64,000 nt of DNA, from assembly GCF_006345805.1 (NCBI RefSeq), contig NC_043008.1, forward strand, positions 1,798,001-1,862,000, written 5' to 3'. Position 1 is the first letter of the stretch; every line of letters starts with the position of its first letter. Under the pieces are notes generated by a model. The model was not told the DNA's origin, searched no databases, and saw only the letters and a list, made by a program, of their open reading frames with translations. Source of the DNA: Octopus sinensis. Its lineage: Eukaryota. Positions 1 through 14,927 of this stretch are shown piece after piece. The translations under genes and the position numbers were made by a program.

Positions 1-642
1 AGCAATGGATGTAAGTATTAATTTCATACTTACCATAACTATATATTCATTTTAACTTTCAATACAGGGGATAACGAGATTCTAATTGCTTGTTAGATTG
101 TCAACCACGCACGATTTTATATAACAGAATGCTGCTTTAGTTTGCTTCTTGAAGATAGATATATGTAACGATATCAGAAAACTAATGAACATTTATGAAT
201 TTTACTGTAACTACATACGGCCTGCTATTGTATTTATATTAAACTAGAGATCGTGCATTGGATTACAAGAGGAATATCATATACACAATGAAGATTTTCT
301 AAAACGTTACATATTAATTTTTGTAATGATATAATGTTAAAAATGTTCACGGGAGCATAGCCGTTTCATATTTGTAATATGCGCGACCGACGACCAACAA
401 GTTTTCATACTTAAAGTTTCAGACGAATGCATGCCGAAAGATTCTGAAATGTTTGTACTGGAACCTCCAGCGTGAATGCCAGGCTATACAGTATGTATTT
501 TCCAAATTTCTGGCAGAGTGAATTGTTTCAAAGTGTTGTGTTTTTCTAACAGACGGTGCCCAATTGCCCCTACTATACTGTGCAGTCGCAGCAGCGCCAA
601 AGACAAACAATGGCCATGCGTGAAATTACAAATGTAAAGAAA

Positions 643-686
<44 letters not shown>

Positions 687-1351
687 GTGTGTGTGTGTGT
701 GTGTGTGGTGTTAGTATGTTTGTGTGTATGTATATAAATACATATAAGTCTGTATCTATCTATCTATATATCTATCTATATATATATATATATATACATA
801 CATACATACATACATATATATAAATATGTATATATATATATGTTTGTGTAGTTAATCATATAGAGAGACATGATGAAACGCACGAGAAAGGATTGGGAGG
901 GAAAGAGGAAGAGTCAGACATATTTAAAAATTTAACGAAGGATGCATCCTTACATCTTGCTGTAAAAACTTGCTTTTTGTTCATATAAATTTTCAATGAC
1001 TGAACAATGATTTATGGAGAAATAGTCTATGGCGTTGGCAGTCACTTTTGCTTCTGTATCTATGGATATACTACGCAAAGTCTTGCATATACGTCGTACA
1101 ATATAATATATGGGAATGTATTTTTTCTTGCTAGATTTTTCTTCGAAATAAGTCGTCTGGCGGATAATGGTTCAATGGCAAGCGGCAAGCAAGACTATGA
1201 AGTATTCTTAATCACTAGGAGTCTTAAAAGTTTCGGGGAGTTAGTGGTTTTAGAAAAAAAAAAATGTTTCTCTGAATATTTATGGCCAAAACTGTATGTA
1301 TATTTTAATCTCCATCTCCAAGATGGTAATCTGAGATGTAGTCACATTCTC

Positions 1352-1425
<74 letters not shown>

Positions 1426-2627
1426 GTGTGTGTGTGTGTGTTTGTGTATGTATGTAAGTATACATATATATATATATGTGTGTGTGTGTATGTATATATA
1501 GCACTATGTATGGTATATGTTGAATACTAATGTGAATGTTCATAATATATAACCCCAAGATTTCTTTGTACTAAGGTGACTCTATTGTCAGTAATTCATA
1601 AATAAACATTGATGAGTATAACTTTGAATGTATATTCTATGAACAATATTTTGGCAGGTTCCAGTCATAATGCTTTAAGTTCGTTCATTGGGTTTCATCT
1701 ATTTTTCTCCTATATCGCCACTTTCAGTGCGTGTTTATTGTCCATTTACTCCAATCTAATTGCCATTTATTCTATAATTTCTATGCGATGCGGTAAAGAA
1801 CTTTGGAAACTATTATGTTCTTGGTCTCTGCTTCTGATATTGCGTTTGAAGTGACATTTCTCTAAAATAAGCCATATTCTTGTATAACACATATCAAAAG
1901 TTACATCACAAGTACATTATACGTTTATTTCATTTCAGTGTGCGTGCACATTGATAGTCTTGTCCTTTACTAAAACGAATGAAAGATACATATCACTTTC
2001 ATAATAATTTAACAAGTAACACGGAACGGAGACGCATACATGTGTTTCCTAATTGCAAATGTTTCACGAACAGTGAGTACTCTCGAAATAGAAAAGAAAT
2101 AAAAGAACTAGCGATCGAATAGGTACTCAAATGAAACATTTTGTAGTTAAAAATTTGAAATAACTACTCTATCCACATTGATGTTAAAATGCTGAAAAGA
2201 TATGATCACACAATCAATCACACTTCTCAAATAGTTACATACTATGCTAAATTCATTTTAAAGGTTAACGGAGATTTGTCTGCAAATGTATGCGTGCATA
2301 CGTGTTTGTTTGTATGTGTGCAAAACCTGAAATCAGGCAACCATTTAAATTTGAGTATATGAGCGAATAAAACATGCGTATTTTCGAGTAATAAATGATT
2401 AAACGATAAATTCTTTAAAGCCCATTTCGAGATATGCCTTCATCCAAAGTTCCGTGAGTAGGAAAAAACGTGAGCTAAAGACAGTTGATTTGGAAGGAAC
2501 AATGATATCACATGTTTTCTATAGTCTTCTCTTTTATCTTTTCATATTTTAGAAATTTCACACATTCTAGTGTTTAAAAACAATAAAGGAAAGGTTTTGA
2601 TGTGCTTGTAAATTCCTCAAGTGCGAA

Positions 2628-2729
2628 ACTTGTAAGCTGTTTGAAGCCTGACAACTGTTTCGGCCGCCATTTCCCCAGCAGAAAATAGAATTTCACAAAG
2701 CACGCTGTCTCTTCTTTCCAGTCATCCAG
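2628..2729 (-). mobile_element. Mariner transposase N-terminal remnant
   Basis: Minus strand reads LDDWKEETACFVKFYFLLGK then, after a frameshift, AAETVVRLQTAYK. This resembles the mariner HTH start (EQRxxIKFCxxLGKxAxETxxML). Confidence 0.45.
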
Positions 2730-3387
2730 CTAAGGATAATATTTGTAAACATAATGATAATATATGAAAGTATCATTATAATTAATAAAGGTACCATGAG
2801 TTTGTTAAAAAATTTAAACACTAGAATATGTAAAAAATGAGATCCAGAATTACCAATATAGCTAAAGTTTTATGCAAAGTTAAACGGTAGGCAAATTCAG
2901 TTTGTGAAAAATAAGCATTAGGTGAAGACTAAAAATCTAAAGACTTGACAATAACTTAGGCAGTAACTCAAGCGAATTTTACTGTGAAGTTGTTGAAATA
3001 GGTAGATTTTACTGTAATACATGACAAAGTTTTGAATTATTTTATATATTGTACTAATTCTTTTTTATAACCTATCTTCAAATTTCTAATAAATAATGAA
3101 AAACAGGAATTTATTTAGAAGGGCAAAACAATTTTGAGTTATTTTTTAAAGTTTTTAATAGAAGTAACAAATAGTAACAAATAGAAGTAATAACTTGAAA
3201 TAAAATGTTTAGCTTTCATAAATGCTAATAGTTTCTAAATCTAAATATTTTATTTCAAATTTTATCCCTAGCTGCAGTATTTTCAGTAAAATGTTTCTTG
3301 TCCTGTACTTTCCCAGGTATATAATTTTAAGAATATTTCTTCTGCTCGCATCTTTCCATGTAATATATATATATATATATATGTATA

Positions 3388-3433
<46 letters not shown>

Positions 3434-3471
3434 TTTAGAGGGAGAGAGAGAGAGTGAGATACATATGTATG

Positions 3472-3506
<35 letters not shown>

Positions 3507-4062
3507 CATGCATCCACACTTGTATGTATGTTTGTGTGTGTGTGTCAATGCCTGCATGTGTGTGTATGAGTCTGAGAATATCTACTGGGGAGGGTGAAGT
3601 TTGTTAGATTGAGTAGAATCATTGTTAATTTTTGTAATGAGTGTCGCTATAATCGCTATCAATTATTTAGGATTAAGTTAAACACCGTAATATTTCACTA
3701 GCGACTGAATAATTCTTTTGAAACATGATTGTTTTAAAAAAACCTCTCTCCTCCTAGGTAAATATATAGTACTGTTTGACAATGATATTTCTTCATAGGT
3801 GTGAACGAGATTAAAGCAAATATATAGATATTCGTTTTTGTTTGTATTACGTGTCATCATATTTCATAAAACGGAACATCTGAATTCTTAAGTTTTACAA
3901 ATAATTGTAAACTCCGAAAACACTATTGAGTACTTTGGCTTTTGATTGCCTCCGGCTGCGTTGGAAGTAGAGAATGATAAGCATATACAGAAAGAAACAT
4001 GTTAAAATTAGTCTCTTAATAAACACACACTGACAGCAACAGATATATATATATATATATAT

Positions 4063-4137
<75 letters not shown>

Positions 4138-4487
4138 AAATATTTGGGACTATGTGAATTTACATATGTTGTAATTTAATATGCAACGTATACCCAAGTA
4201 TTAGAATATATTTAGTTTCTTCTGAACGAGTGCAGTTAGTAAAATATATTACATTATCATAACTTACAATTTGAAATTGTACATGTATAAAAGCTCCCCG
4301 ATTCCTCTCATTCCCTCATTCAAGTGTATATATATATATATATATTATATATATATATATGTGTGTGTGTGTGTATGTGTGTGCGTGTGTGTACATATGG
4401 AATTACATATAGTTACATATGCATTGCTTATACTTAAATACAATCCACATACAAACACATACAGTCATAAATACATACATATATATG

Positions 4488-4571
<84 letters not shown>

Positions 4572-4979
4572 TATATATGTATATGTATGTACTATGCATA
4601 TGTATATAAGACCGCTTCTAGATACACATATTGACAAGTTTGTAAAAAGTGCTTTCAATTAATCATTTTGGGAAAGAATCAATAATATTTAATATAAAAT
4701 GTTGCAAGGAAAACGTTTTCCATCTTTAATGTTTGCTGAAGATGTGTTTCACTTAATTGGTTGTGTTTTTAATAATTTTTTCTGCCCATCCGACAACTCA
4801 TTTTAGCGACGCTTTTATTGGCTTCTTTAATAAGGTTACACATTTCATAATAAATTTTGTCTGACTGTCATGATTATAATTTATATATGTCCAGAGTTTT
4901 AGAATATGACTTGCAAACAATAACATATTTACAATCTATTCGTGTTGATATATTTTGATAAATTTCGTTTTTTTTTTTC

Positions 4980-5073
4980 CATAAGTAAATGCATATGTGT
5001 GTATGCTATAAATATATATATATATAGAGAGAGCGAGATATCCAGTAATACATAGATGTATATACATGTACAC

Positions 5074-5112
<39 letters not shown>

Positions 5113-5179
5113 CATTTACATATATCCATAAAAATACATATATATGCTTATATGTATGTATATATATATATACATATAC

Positions 5180-5219
<40 letters not shown>

Positions 5220-5342
5220 GTATGTATATATGCACACACACACATATATATAAACATATATATATATATATATATATATAAATACACACACGCACACACG
5301 CACGCACATACACAGACAGACAGACACACACACACACACACG

Positions 5343-5400
<58 letters not shown>
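4980..5400. repeat. Compound (TA)n/(CA)n microsatellite, representative of dozens of such tracts (e.g. 645-840, 1358-1500, 3360-3510, 4325-4600, 45385-45560, 46015-46175, 46830-47130, 52720-52890, 56875-57090)
   Basis: Dinucleotide and tetranucleotide runs are directly visible. Confidence 0.95.
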
Positions 5401-7024
5401 ATCATACGTGAAAGTTTGATGAATTTTCATTTTTCTTATGTCTTATGAATTGCGTTAAGTTAAATAAAGCTAAATTATCGATTTTATGGATCCAGCGCGA
5501 GCGAATTATACGTAAGTAGAAGATTAGATAATTTTTCAATATATATTCCTTATGCATAAACTAATACTCGAAATTTTAATATGCATAAATTGTGTTGGCT
5601 GTTTATTTCCATGGGTTATGAATTTGATTTTGTTATTTACCATTCGAATTCTGACAGAAGCTGACGTGGTTTATTGTGTACTTTTTAAACAAATTCAAAT
5701 ACTACTTAATAATACTTGTATATGCCACACTTACATTCACATGTTTCTACAATGTCACCGAAAAAATGTGTTTGTGTTTCTTTTCATTTCATCGTTGCTA
5801 TGACATTCTTTAAGTCCAAATATTAATTCAAAATATGCTGTGAATCTAGAGCGCTGGAAGAAATTGTAATCACAAATCAGAAAGAAAAGAAAGGAAAGAG
5901 AATGAAGGATAACACAATCAGGAGAATAATAGATACAGGGGCAAATATATAGTATTAGAGAATTACGTGAAGAAAGCATTAAATGCAATATATTTTCTCA
6001 TGTAATGGCATCAAAGTATAAAAGCAATGTATAGCTTTAACTGAAGCGTATGCTAGTGGCCTATTTGTAATGGGGAATTTGCTGTGTATCATGGGGCGAA
6101 GTAGTAGGAGAAAGCAGATAATATGCATCAAATGAGGCATAACCTTTTAAATATGTTATGTTTACACGTGAGAATGTTGGCTTTTATATCCCTGAAAGGA
6201 AAAGTGATATTACTAGTTTTCATCAATAGCCTTTCTCTACCAGGATTTCGTATCTATAATTGGTAACAATAGAAATGTTTCGTTGATTAAGCAGAATAGA
6301 TTTTCCATATGCTGTTCAATACAGAAAGATTCAGAGGGTATATCCAACAGTTTCATTGCCTTAATCTCACTGATGATACAGATAAAATTTATATTTTAGA
6401 ATTTACTTGTATAAGGCAATGAACTGCAGTCATGCTGGAGTAGAGGCATGAAGAGTTTTAGTGGAATTCCTCAATTCCATCCTTATATTTGCAGACTTTA
6501 ACGATCGGTCTCTTTTGAGGAGATGCTAACTTCAATAAAAAAATGCAGGACCGGACGTTGAGTGATATGTGGGAGTAAACACAAATACAAATAAATGCAT
6601 GCACATGCATATATATATATATGTATGTGTGTATGTGTGTGTGTGTGTGTGTGTATGTGTGTGTGTGTGTGTGTACTTGTGTGTATTTTTGAATGCATGT
6701 GAACCAAGATCGCGGTTTACATTTCTTGAGCGGACAATGCATTGCGTTCTTGAGCAGAACATTTCCTTTCAGGATTCCAACTTGTGACGTTTTACGCAGT
6801 TGTACACTTTCACAGGTGACATCGATTCCATTGACAGATTGAACAAGTGGGAACACATGCAAATGATCATTTTAAACAACAGTAGAATTCCAGCTGCGTA
6901 CCTGTTCCGCAAGGAATGCAGAAAACTTATTCGCCGTTCAGCGACAGGAGAATCAGCAGCAACAACAACAAAAACAATAATAATGGTTTCAAATTTTGCC
7001 ACAAGGGCGGCGATTTGGGGATAA

Positions 7025-7110
7025 GGGACGAGTCGATTACATCGACCCCAGTGTTTCGCTAGTACATAATTTATCGACCTCGAGATGATGATGGAAGGCA
7101 TCGTCGAAAT
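7025..7110 (-). mobile_element. Octopus-type tRNA-derived SINE, 3' fragment
   Basis: gtcgattacatcgaccccagt...aatttatcgacc is the reverse complement of the body of the full copy at 25430. Confidence 0.7.
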
Positions 7111-7111
7111 T

Positions 7112-7243
7112 GAAAATTCAAAGATCCTAATGGGCTTTTATGATTCAGTGCGACCATGAGATAGAGGATAGCAAGCTAGACATAGTCTTGATTGAGAAAA
7201 AGAACAAACGATGCTGGATCATAGATATAGCATGCCTAGCTGA
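7112..7243 (+). mobile_element. R4/Dong-type LINE fragment (restriction-like endonuclease region)
   Basis: Reads FMIQCDHEIEDSKLDIVLIEKKNKRCWIIDIACLAD and is similar at the DNA level to 23670-23780. Confidence 0.8.
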
Positions 7244-7713
7244 CATTAAATGGAGCATCTGACCAGTGGAATGCTTCCCTTCCATAGAAAGCGGAAAAGT
7301 GGGTGCCCTAGTTTAGTCAAACTCGCATCTGGACGGGGCATGACAGTGAGGCGGTTGTAGATGAGAGATACGTAGTAAACATTCTGCAGCTTCGTCTGAC
7401 CTTTCAAGTATAGATTCCTCTGAAAACATTGGCCACGATGCTCACCACCTCGGCTTACCTGGAAATCTGGGCCGAAGCAAACTCCGAGCAACTTAATCGG
7501 TCCTTCTGTCCAGCGTCCCACCATGATCTTAGAAGTCATGGACGTGCCTCTCCTGGCTACACTCTGCTTCTGTTGCCGCCTCAAATTCTTTTACACCGGT
7601 ACCGACCTTGTTTATATGCTTGGCGTTCCACACTATCACGGTGGCGTCGTCCGTGCATGCCGATACGGTTCTCCCACATCCTGGTTCGTGAGAGATGCCT
7701 CTCAGCGCCTTCA

Positions 7714-7716
<3 letters not shown>
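7244..7716 (-). mobile_element. Tx1/L1-clade LINE RT fragment (decayed)
   Basis: VSACTDDATVIVW is a decayed YADD motif. Also KEFEAAT, GRWTEGPIKLLGVCFGPD and LFRFLWKG, typical of the Tx1 RT C-terminal region. Confidence 0.75.
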
Positions 7717-7763
<47 letters not shown>

Positions 7764-7924
7764 TATCAACAACTTGGGATGATCGAACGAGCAATTTGTT
7801 ATATTGCGTAAATCGAAAATTGCTTCAGTGGTATTTGATTACAAGAGCATTGCAGCAACAGTATTATATAATACACATAAAATATATTGCTTTCAATTTA
7901 TGGCGCAAGGCCAGCAAATTCGTG

Positions 7925-8085
7925 TGTCGATTAAATCGACCCCATTACCCAACTGGTGCTTTATCGTATTGACTCTGTTAGGATGAACGGAGAAATCGAC
8001 CTCGGTGGAATTGGGACCAGGAATGTAAGGACGGACGAAATTCCGGTAGGCTCTTTTTTCGAGGAACTAACGATTCCGTAGGTAA
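7925..8085 (-). mobile_element. Octopus-type tRNA-derived SINE (diverged)
   Basis: gtcgattaaatcgacccca...tcgacctcggtggaattgggaccaggaatgtaaggacggacgaaa matches the reverse complement of the 25430 family. Confidence 0.65.
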
Positions 8086-9765
8086 CCGCCTTCAGATCTT
8101 TAACAGTACATTGTCTCTGTATTAGCGTTGTAACACAGCAACCGTCCTTCATCTATAAAATTCATTTTATACATTATCTTAATAAGTCGTTATTTCGCTG
8201 CATTAGAAGAATAAAGCTGATGGGCTATTTTTACACGTATTATTTAAGTATATTTTGCCGAAGCCGTTCTCATAAAATATCGATGAAGCTATTCTAGAAT
8301 TATATACTAAAACAGATTGCTAACACCTTTCTTATTGTCAATATTTATATAAACACCAGGAAATAATCCACTTTCGTTTCATTCTTGTATCTGGTAGCCT
8401 TTATCCCTGGACGAACTTAATGATGCAATCTCCAAGGTTAAATCCAGAATGGTATTGATGTATAGGTATATATGTAAAGATTTCATTTTGTATTACATAT
8501 ATGAGTTTTCCATAGAATGTCAAGCTAACCGACACATCCAAACAAAACATTTAAAAGGCTATCTGATTCTGGAGCATATCTGATATGTTTAATTTCTATC
8601 AATCACGCTAATTCAACAGTCATGCACACACATATACAAATTCGTATACATACAGAAAGAAGTGATAAATCAGCGATATTACTTCCGAGAGAGATGCATA
8701 CAGACACACACATTCATTTATATAAATGTATTTGTATGTTCGTACACGTATTATTAGTGATATACACACATTTATGTGGATGAATATAGATACATGTGTG
8801 AGCATGTCTATGATAAAGTGTGTTCAAACCTAACATGTAGTCTAATGCACATTCACCTGTCGCCAGGTAATATTCTTTTGATCTCAGTATTATCGCTATC
8901 AGTATCATCCATATTTATGTAATTCCAGAAGTAAATTTGTCTTTTACTTTCGATCTGAATCTCTATAACTGGCCAGCAAACACTCCTGAGTACATCTTTA
9001 TTAGTTTCCTTCCTTTCATTCCTACTATCTATCATTTTTTCCTTCTTTCTATATCAGGTTTGTAATATATTCGATGCTGACAACTCCTCTTATCAGGGAA
9101 ATGCACAAACCATTGCTTGCTACGACAAATTTTCTTTTTCTTTTTCTTTGACACCAACAAACGCGCTGAGTTTGTTTCTTTTTTTCTTTCCTCCCCCATA
9201 AAAACACAGGTTTATATATGCCTGTGATCCCTGAATGGAATATTTAATATTGTCACAATTTACTTCGTTACTACAGTGATGTGATCCCATATCTAAAGTG
9301 TAATTTCAAGTGAATTCGTAAACCATGAAGAGAAATGTAAAGGAGAATAATATATTGGATCGTATTAAGATGTATATTCTTTCCTGACGTACAGAGTTAC
9401 ACATGAGTGTTTCTTTGTTTATAAATGTATATCATATCTAAACATTAACTCTGTCGTGTTTAGAAGTTGGCACCCACTTAATGTATTATCTGAATGGTGC
9501 AGTTGATTCAATATATTCACATTTTGAATAATGTAGAAATGTTTTGTTTCAAAAATGTTGTCGGTTTGGTTTCATGTTTCCTTTGCCGGCAAATACGGAA
9601 AGTGACTTCAGCTACAGTCAACGGCACCGACAACCTCTTATGAGTGTGGTAACGCAGAAACTGTGACCAGAATAATCAAAGTATAATTTTAAAATATGAG
9701 AAAGTTCCGTGAAGGAACTTCTTATGGATTGAAATACACCTCCTACATACATACATACATGCGCG

Positions 9766-9809
<44 letters not shown>

Positions 9810-10090
9810 ACACACACACACATCATACTAATATTATGGCACTCTCGCATTCTTCTTCTTCTACTTCTTCTCCGCTTCCTCATCCTCCTCCTCTTCCTCC
9901 TCTTCCTCCTCCTCCTTCTTCCCTACCAAGAATATACAACGACCTCGAACCCACAAGAGTTCAGTGCCCTTCCTTCGTATTTCCATTCACATGTATATGT
10001 GTGTGCGTGCGTGCGTGTGTGCATGCGTAGCATGTGTATTTGTATATATATATATATGTGTGCATATGCTTGTGTGTGCGCGTGTGTGTA

Positions 10091-10300
10091 AGGTCGCATG
10101 GCCTAGTGTCTAGGGTGTGGCACTCATGGTCTAGAGATCGTGGTTTCAGTTCCTAGACTGGGTGGTGCGTTGTGTTCTTGACCAAAACTCTTCATTCTAA
10201 CTCTCGCGTGGAGCACAGGGCACCTATTCAGACAACGTTGGTTTATAGAGAGAACGTGCGAATGTCCGGCATAAACATTTGATCACTACAAACAAATCAC
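10091..10300 (+). mobile_element. tRNA-derived SINE (second family)
   Basis: A-box-like gcatggcctagtg and B-box-like ggtttcagttcc, then gtgttcttgaccaaaactcttcatt. That core is shared with 21455 and 37105. Confidence 0.6.
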
Positions 10301-10379
10301 TCGTGCAGGACTTTGGGACGTTCGGCAAATGCTCCATGCCCCAACGCTCACCCGCTGTCCCACTGGAGAGTCCCTTCTG

Positions 10380-10450
<71 letters not shown>

Positions 10451-10451
10451 A

Positions 10452-10496
<45 letters not shown>

Positions 10497-10524
10497 GAAA
10501 TATTGCGTCTCTAAATCGCTCAGT

Positions 10525-10781
10525 TGCAGCACGATAAAGTGATGGTTTGTTGCCAACGTAATGTGGCAGCCCCAGGACAGGGAAGAATGCTACTGCTATT
10601 TAGCCCAAGAAGGCTACGGCGGGCTTCTTTCAGTATCTGTCTACGAAATCCACTCAGAAGTCTTTGGTCGTCTCGAGGCTACAGTAAAAGGCGCATGAAC
10701 AAATTGCCTCGCAGTGGGACTGAATCTGGAATCCCGAGGCGAAGAAGTAAGCGTCTTACAACAAAACCACGCCTGCACCTA
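10525..10781 (-). mobile_element. tRNA-derived SINE (third family)
   Basis: ttgcctcgcagtgggactgaatctggaatc...aagcgtcttacaacaaaaccacgcctgc is a reverse-oriented tRNA-like head. It is related to 50125-50220. Confidence 0.6.
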
Positions 10782-11317
10782 TACATGTGTGTGTGTGTGT
10801 GTGTTTGTGTATGAATGTATGTATATTTATATATTTATAGACGTACTTCATTATCGAAATTTACAATGAAATATTGTGTTCTTTCTTTTTAGACAGTGCG
10901 ATAGAATTTGTTAACACTAATGTTATGAAGAGTTATCTTATGACTGCAAAATATTCATATTACCAGGATTGACTCACATAGAATGAGGCTTAGAAGATAT
11001 CTGCTTTGATTTACAGCAAAATCATACCGATGTTAGAAATCAAATAAATATATCGGTCGTTTTTGTCCTATATTGAGTCTGGAAATACGAATCGGTGTTC
11101 GCGGCGCTACGCATTACTCGCTCGCCGCAAAACTAGAAATACGCACTCAGCGAACATTTTCACTTCATTACAACTAAATTTGTAATACGAAGCCTATTTT
11201 CCTAAATTTAACACACAACAGTCACACATCCATTACATTCAATATCGAAGCTATTGTTTTGAAACTTTAAGTTTTTAATAATTACCAGTATGCGTGCTTT
11301 ACATTAAATGCACACCC

Positions 11318-11670
11318 ATCATCGTCTTCAAACCGATCATCATCATCACCATCATCGTCGTCATCGTCTTCTTCTTCTTCTTCTTCTTCTTGCTCTTGTT
11401 GTTGCTGTTGATATTGTTGTTTTTCGTCGTCTTCTTCTTCTCCTCCTCCTTCTCCTTCTTCTTCTTCTTCTTCTTCTTCTTCTTCTTCTTCTTCTTTATC
11501 ATCATCACTTCACGAGTACCAGCACCACTACCATCGCCACCACTATCATCACAAACACCAGTACTACCATCATCCTAACCGAAGCCATCACGGCACCACC
11601 ACCACTACCAACACTACCAACGCCATCACCACCACGATTACCATCATCATCAACATCATCGGTCACCATC
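11318..11670. repeat. Compound trinucleotide microsatellite (CAT/CTT/GTT/CAC)
   Basis: Directly visible; it generates the poly-H/L/K/F ORFs in the track. Confidence 0.95.
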
Positions 11671-14600
11671 ATGATGTTTACCGAAAAACTTTATCACAAT
11701 AGTTAAATTCATTAACATTACCACAGAAATTGCCCCCCCTCCCAATCGCCACCACTTCTCTCATACAATAATTGCGATCAAGTGTCACATAGAGGACATG
11801 TTTGTTATTACATCAATTACCATTACCGTCAAACTAGCCCCATAATTTCCTGCAGAGATCTTCATTTTGTATAGCTTTTGCGTTTTGCAGAGATTTTTAT
11901 GTATATTTTTTTTTCTCAATGATATTGTCCAAACGATTGCAAACAAATAAAGTTATGGTTACTCTTCAATTCATATTCATTTGACGTATATCGTTAATGT
12001 GGTTAAACTCTTGGCAGTCGGTATATTGAGAATAAAAATCTTTCTTGAATTAACCTTCGTTGTTCACATCAATCTTTACACCATATTATGACTGGAGGCC
12101 GTTTATCAGTTATGTTCACAGCCACCGCTACCAACACTTCACTTTACGTTTGAGATAATAAAGAATTACCGACTAAATCAAATCAAAAGATAATATCTGA
12201 GCTTGTTTCGTGTAAGAATACAGATCACTGCTTGAAGTAAATCGAATAGCTATGTATGTGTGCACACACATAGTTATAGAGAAATATGAATAGACTCTCC
12301 CGTATAAAAACATATTATACGAGTGTGTGTTTGAATACAAGCAGACGCAATGTGATTGAAGAACGCACTCTTACGAAGCAAAATACACACATTTAATATT
12401 TAACCAGCTCTAAACATATTAGAAAATAAAAGAAAAATTCTTTTTAATATGCTGAAGAGAATGGCAGGGTAAGCATGATGCAACTTGAAATCCGGCAAGT
12501 AATTGCTTCTTAATGCAATTAAAAACTGAATTTATGAGGTTATTTTCTCCATGTGACGAGTGAAAATTACATCAAATAAAAGTTATAAAAATAATATTCC
12601 ATGTCTTACTACAGATAATAACTACTTTGATACGGAGAAATAGATTTTAATTAAGATAAATTCTCGGCTGAAATTAGTAATTTCGTTAACATCGATTTAA
12701 TTATTTTCTTATTCAGCTTGATGTTTATGAAAAGGTCTTTGAAAGGCATTTTGTTGCTGAATATCACGTGAAAATGCTTGCTTTTTCTTTTAAAAAATTC
12801 AGTTAATATCATAAACTTAAGAGGCTTGGGTAAAATGTTTCTTACGATATAAAATCATTTTGAAGATTTATGTAAGACTTTATCTATAAGGCTTCTATAT
12901 TATATTTCAAATTAATCGAACGATTAACTATAATTAACTTTCAAAAGAGAATATTTTATAAATCGTTTTGAATTCAGTAGTTTAATTCCACGGAAAGGCG
13001 CCGTGCTGGTGGTTCCTTTTGTAATTTCATTACACCACATCAAAACACGTGCCATTCCACTTTACATGAGAGAGCTAACACGAAATACTTGACACATGTA
13101 ACAGTGTTCGGAATAATGATATGCATTCAGTGAAATTAAACGAAAATTCATATTTTTTGTGAGACTGTTGACAAAGGAAGACAGGCACTAGCTGCGGCCC
13201 TTTGCAGAATTGGTCAATAACGTGGTTACATAAAAATAAAGAAAACTCTGAGATATGAGTTTTCTGTGTTGCTGATAATATCGAATAAATGTAGGAGAGG
13301 AAACATTCCAAAATGTTTGTTTCAAGCAGAAATATCTTCGCTAAAAACAATCAAACGATCATAAGAGACCTCAATCCTTTTAATCAGATATGGTAACTAT
13401 TTCTACATAAAATGTTGTAGCTGTATAATTTCTAGGAACTGAGATTATTTAAGAGTTTTCTTTTCATTATATAAAAGACCCATTAGAAATGTAAACGGTG
13501 TATGTTGTCTGAGATATATTTTGCCGTGTATGCACCAGATCGTATCACATCAAATCCTGTAGAATGTATACGTTTACGAAATGTAGCTGTCTATTTCTAA
13601 AGAAAAGAAATTTACTGAATACCATGCTTATTACATGGATTTAGCCGAGCAATGTATCCTCACTGATAAATAAACAATGTCTTAAACATATTGATACAAT
13701 CACGGAAGGTAATTCTTAATTATGCATGCTAATAAAGTAAATACGCAACCACTGCGGTAGTCTAGAATAATATTATTACATTTTTGAAGCTAAACTGTGT
13801 TGAAAATAGTTTTATTATTTTACACGCTTTACATAATGCATTAATATTCTAAATTAATTTCTATTCGATTCAATTAAGTAATTTCATCGATATATCATTT
13901 TCCTCGCATTTTACTTTGATATAAGTTATTGTTTGGATATTTAAAAATATGCCTTCTCTTCGTTAAAAGTATATACACATATGTCATGCACATCGTGAAC
14001 ACGCGACTAGCATTATAAACGCATAGATTCATAGGCATGTACATATATAACTACATATGTCATAATCTAATTGGTTATTTTAGATAACTGCATTAATATG
14101 ACATGTCTGAAATAGTGTAATCTGTGAATTAAGATATTAGAGGTGGAATGAAAACAATTACCTATACCATTAATGTTATTCTCTAAGTAATCCTACTCCT
14201 AGATATCATACACAATCGTAGATACAATATATCAAATATTACAACATATGACCAAAACCAAGGTATTGCAATTTGCGAATAACATTCCATTAAGTCAAAT
14301 CATAAAATGGTTTTCAATAAACGCAATAAATTCTTTTGCTACGAATTTTGGATAATTACAAATTTCACTTTATCAGTCACAAGTGATTTATTTTCAGATA
14401 AAAAAAAAATTCTTTTTCAAAATTTACGCTGAAAAGATTTACGGTAGATAGCAGAATGGTATGAATGACAGAAAGAGTATAAACGAAAAGAATGTTTCAG
14501 AGAATATGACTTGTACTCGCGTTTTCAATATATCAAGCTTATATTTATTGATTACTGTTTCAAAATATTAACAGAAAGGTTAGCTTAAGACAATTTAAAA

Positions 14601-14728
14601 TGTAAGTGCCATAAACTGATTGGAAAAGGAAAGATTGTTCATCTATAAAGCAGGTAGTCCTTACATATATACATATGTATCCATAGTAGATATTGATATA
14701 TATATATAGCTAGCACTATATATATATA

Positions 14729-14766
<38 letters not shown>

Positions 14767-14927
14767 GTACATTTATGTAGCATAACATGTATAGAGCCGT
14801 ACGCGCGTACACACATATACACACGTAAACACATGCACAATTTAGCGAAATAGAGCGCTCATTGGGTGCGGTATTTCGTCCAGGTAAATTCCTGGTAAGG
14901 CATCGTGTTTAAAACGACACTGTTTAC

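Noticed and set aside
1007-1558. Long ORFs with [18 protein letters not shown] runs, and dozens like them across the track
   Set aside because: They are translations of (TA)n, (TG)n, (ATGT)n or trinucleotide microsatellites, which lack stop codons in some frames.
6720-6960. GC-balanced block with several open frames and AG/GT sites
   Set aside because: No frame gave a recognisable protein or a consistent exon. It may be a decayed TE, but I could not assign it.
8398-8451. 54-nt AG-GT block encoding PLSLDELNDAISKVKSRM
   Set aside because: It matches the LINE pre-RT motif (PxxxxELxxAIxxLK) and is followed by a shifted GID, so a tiny LINE remnant is more likely than an exon.
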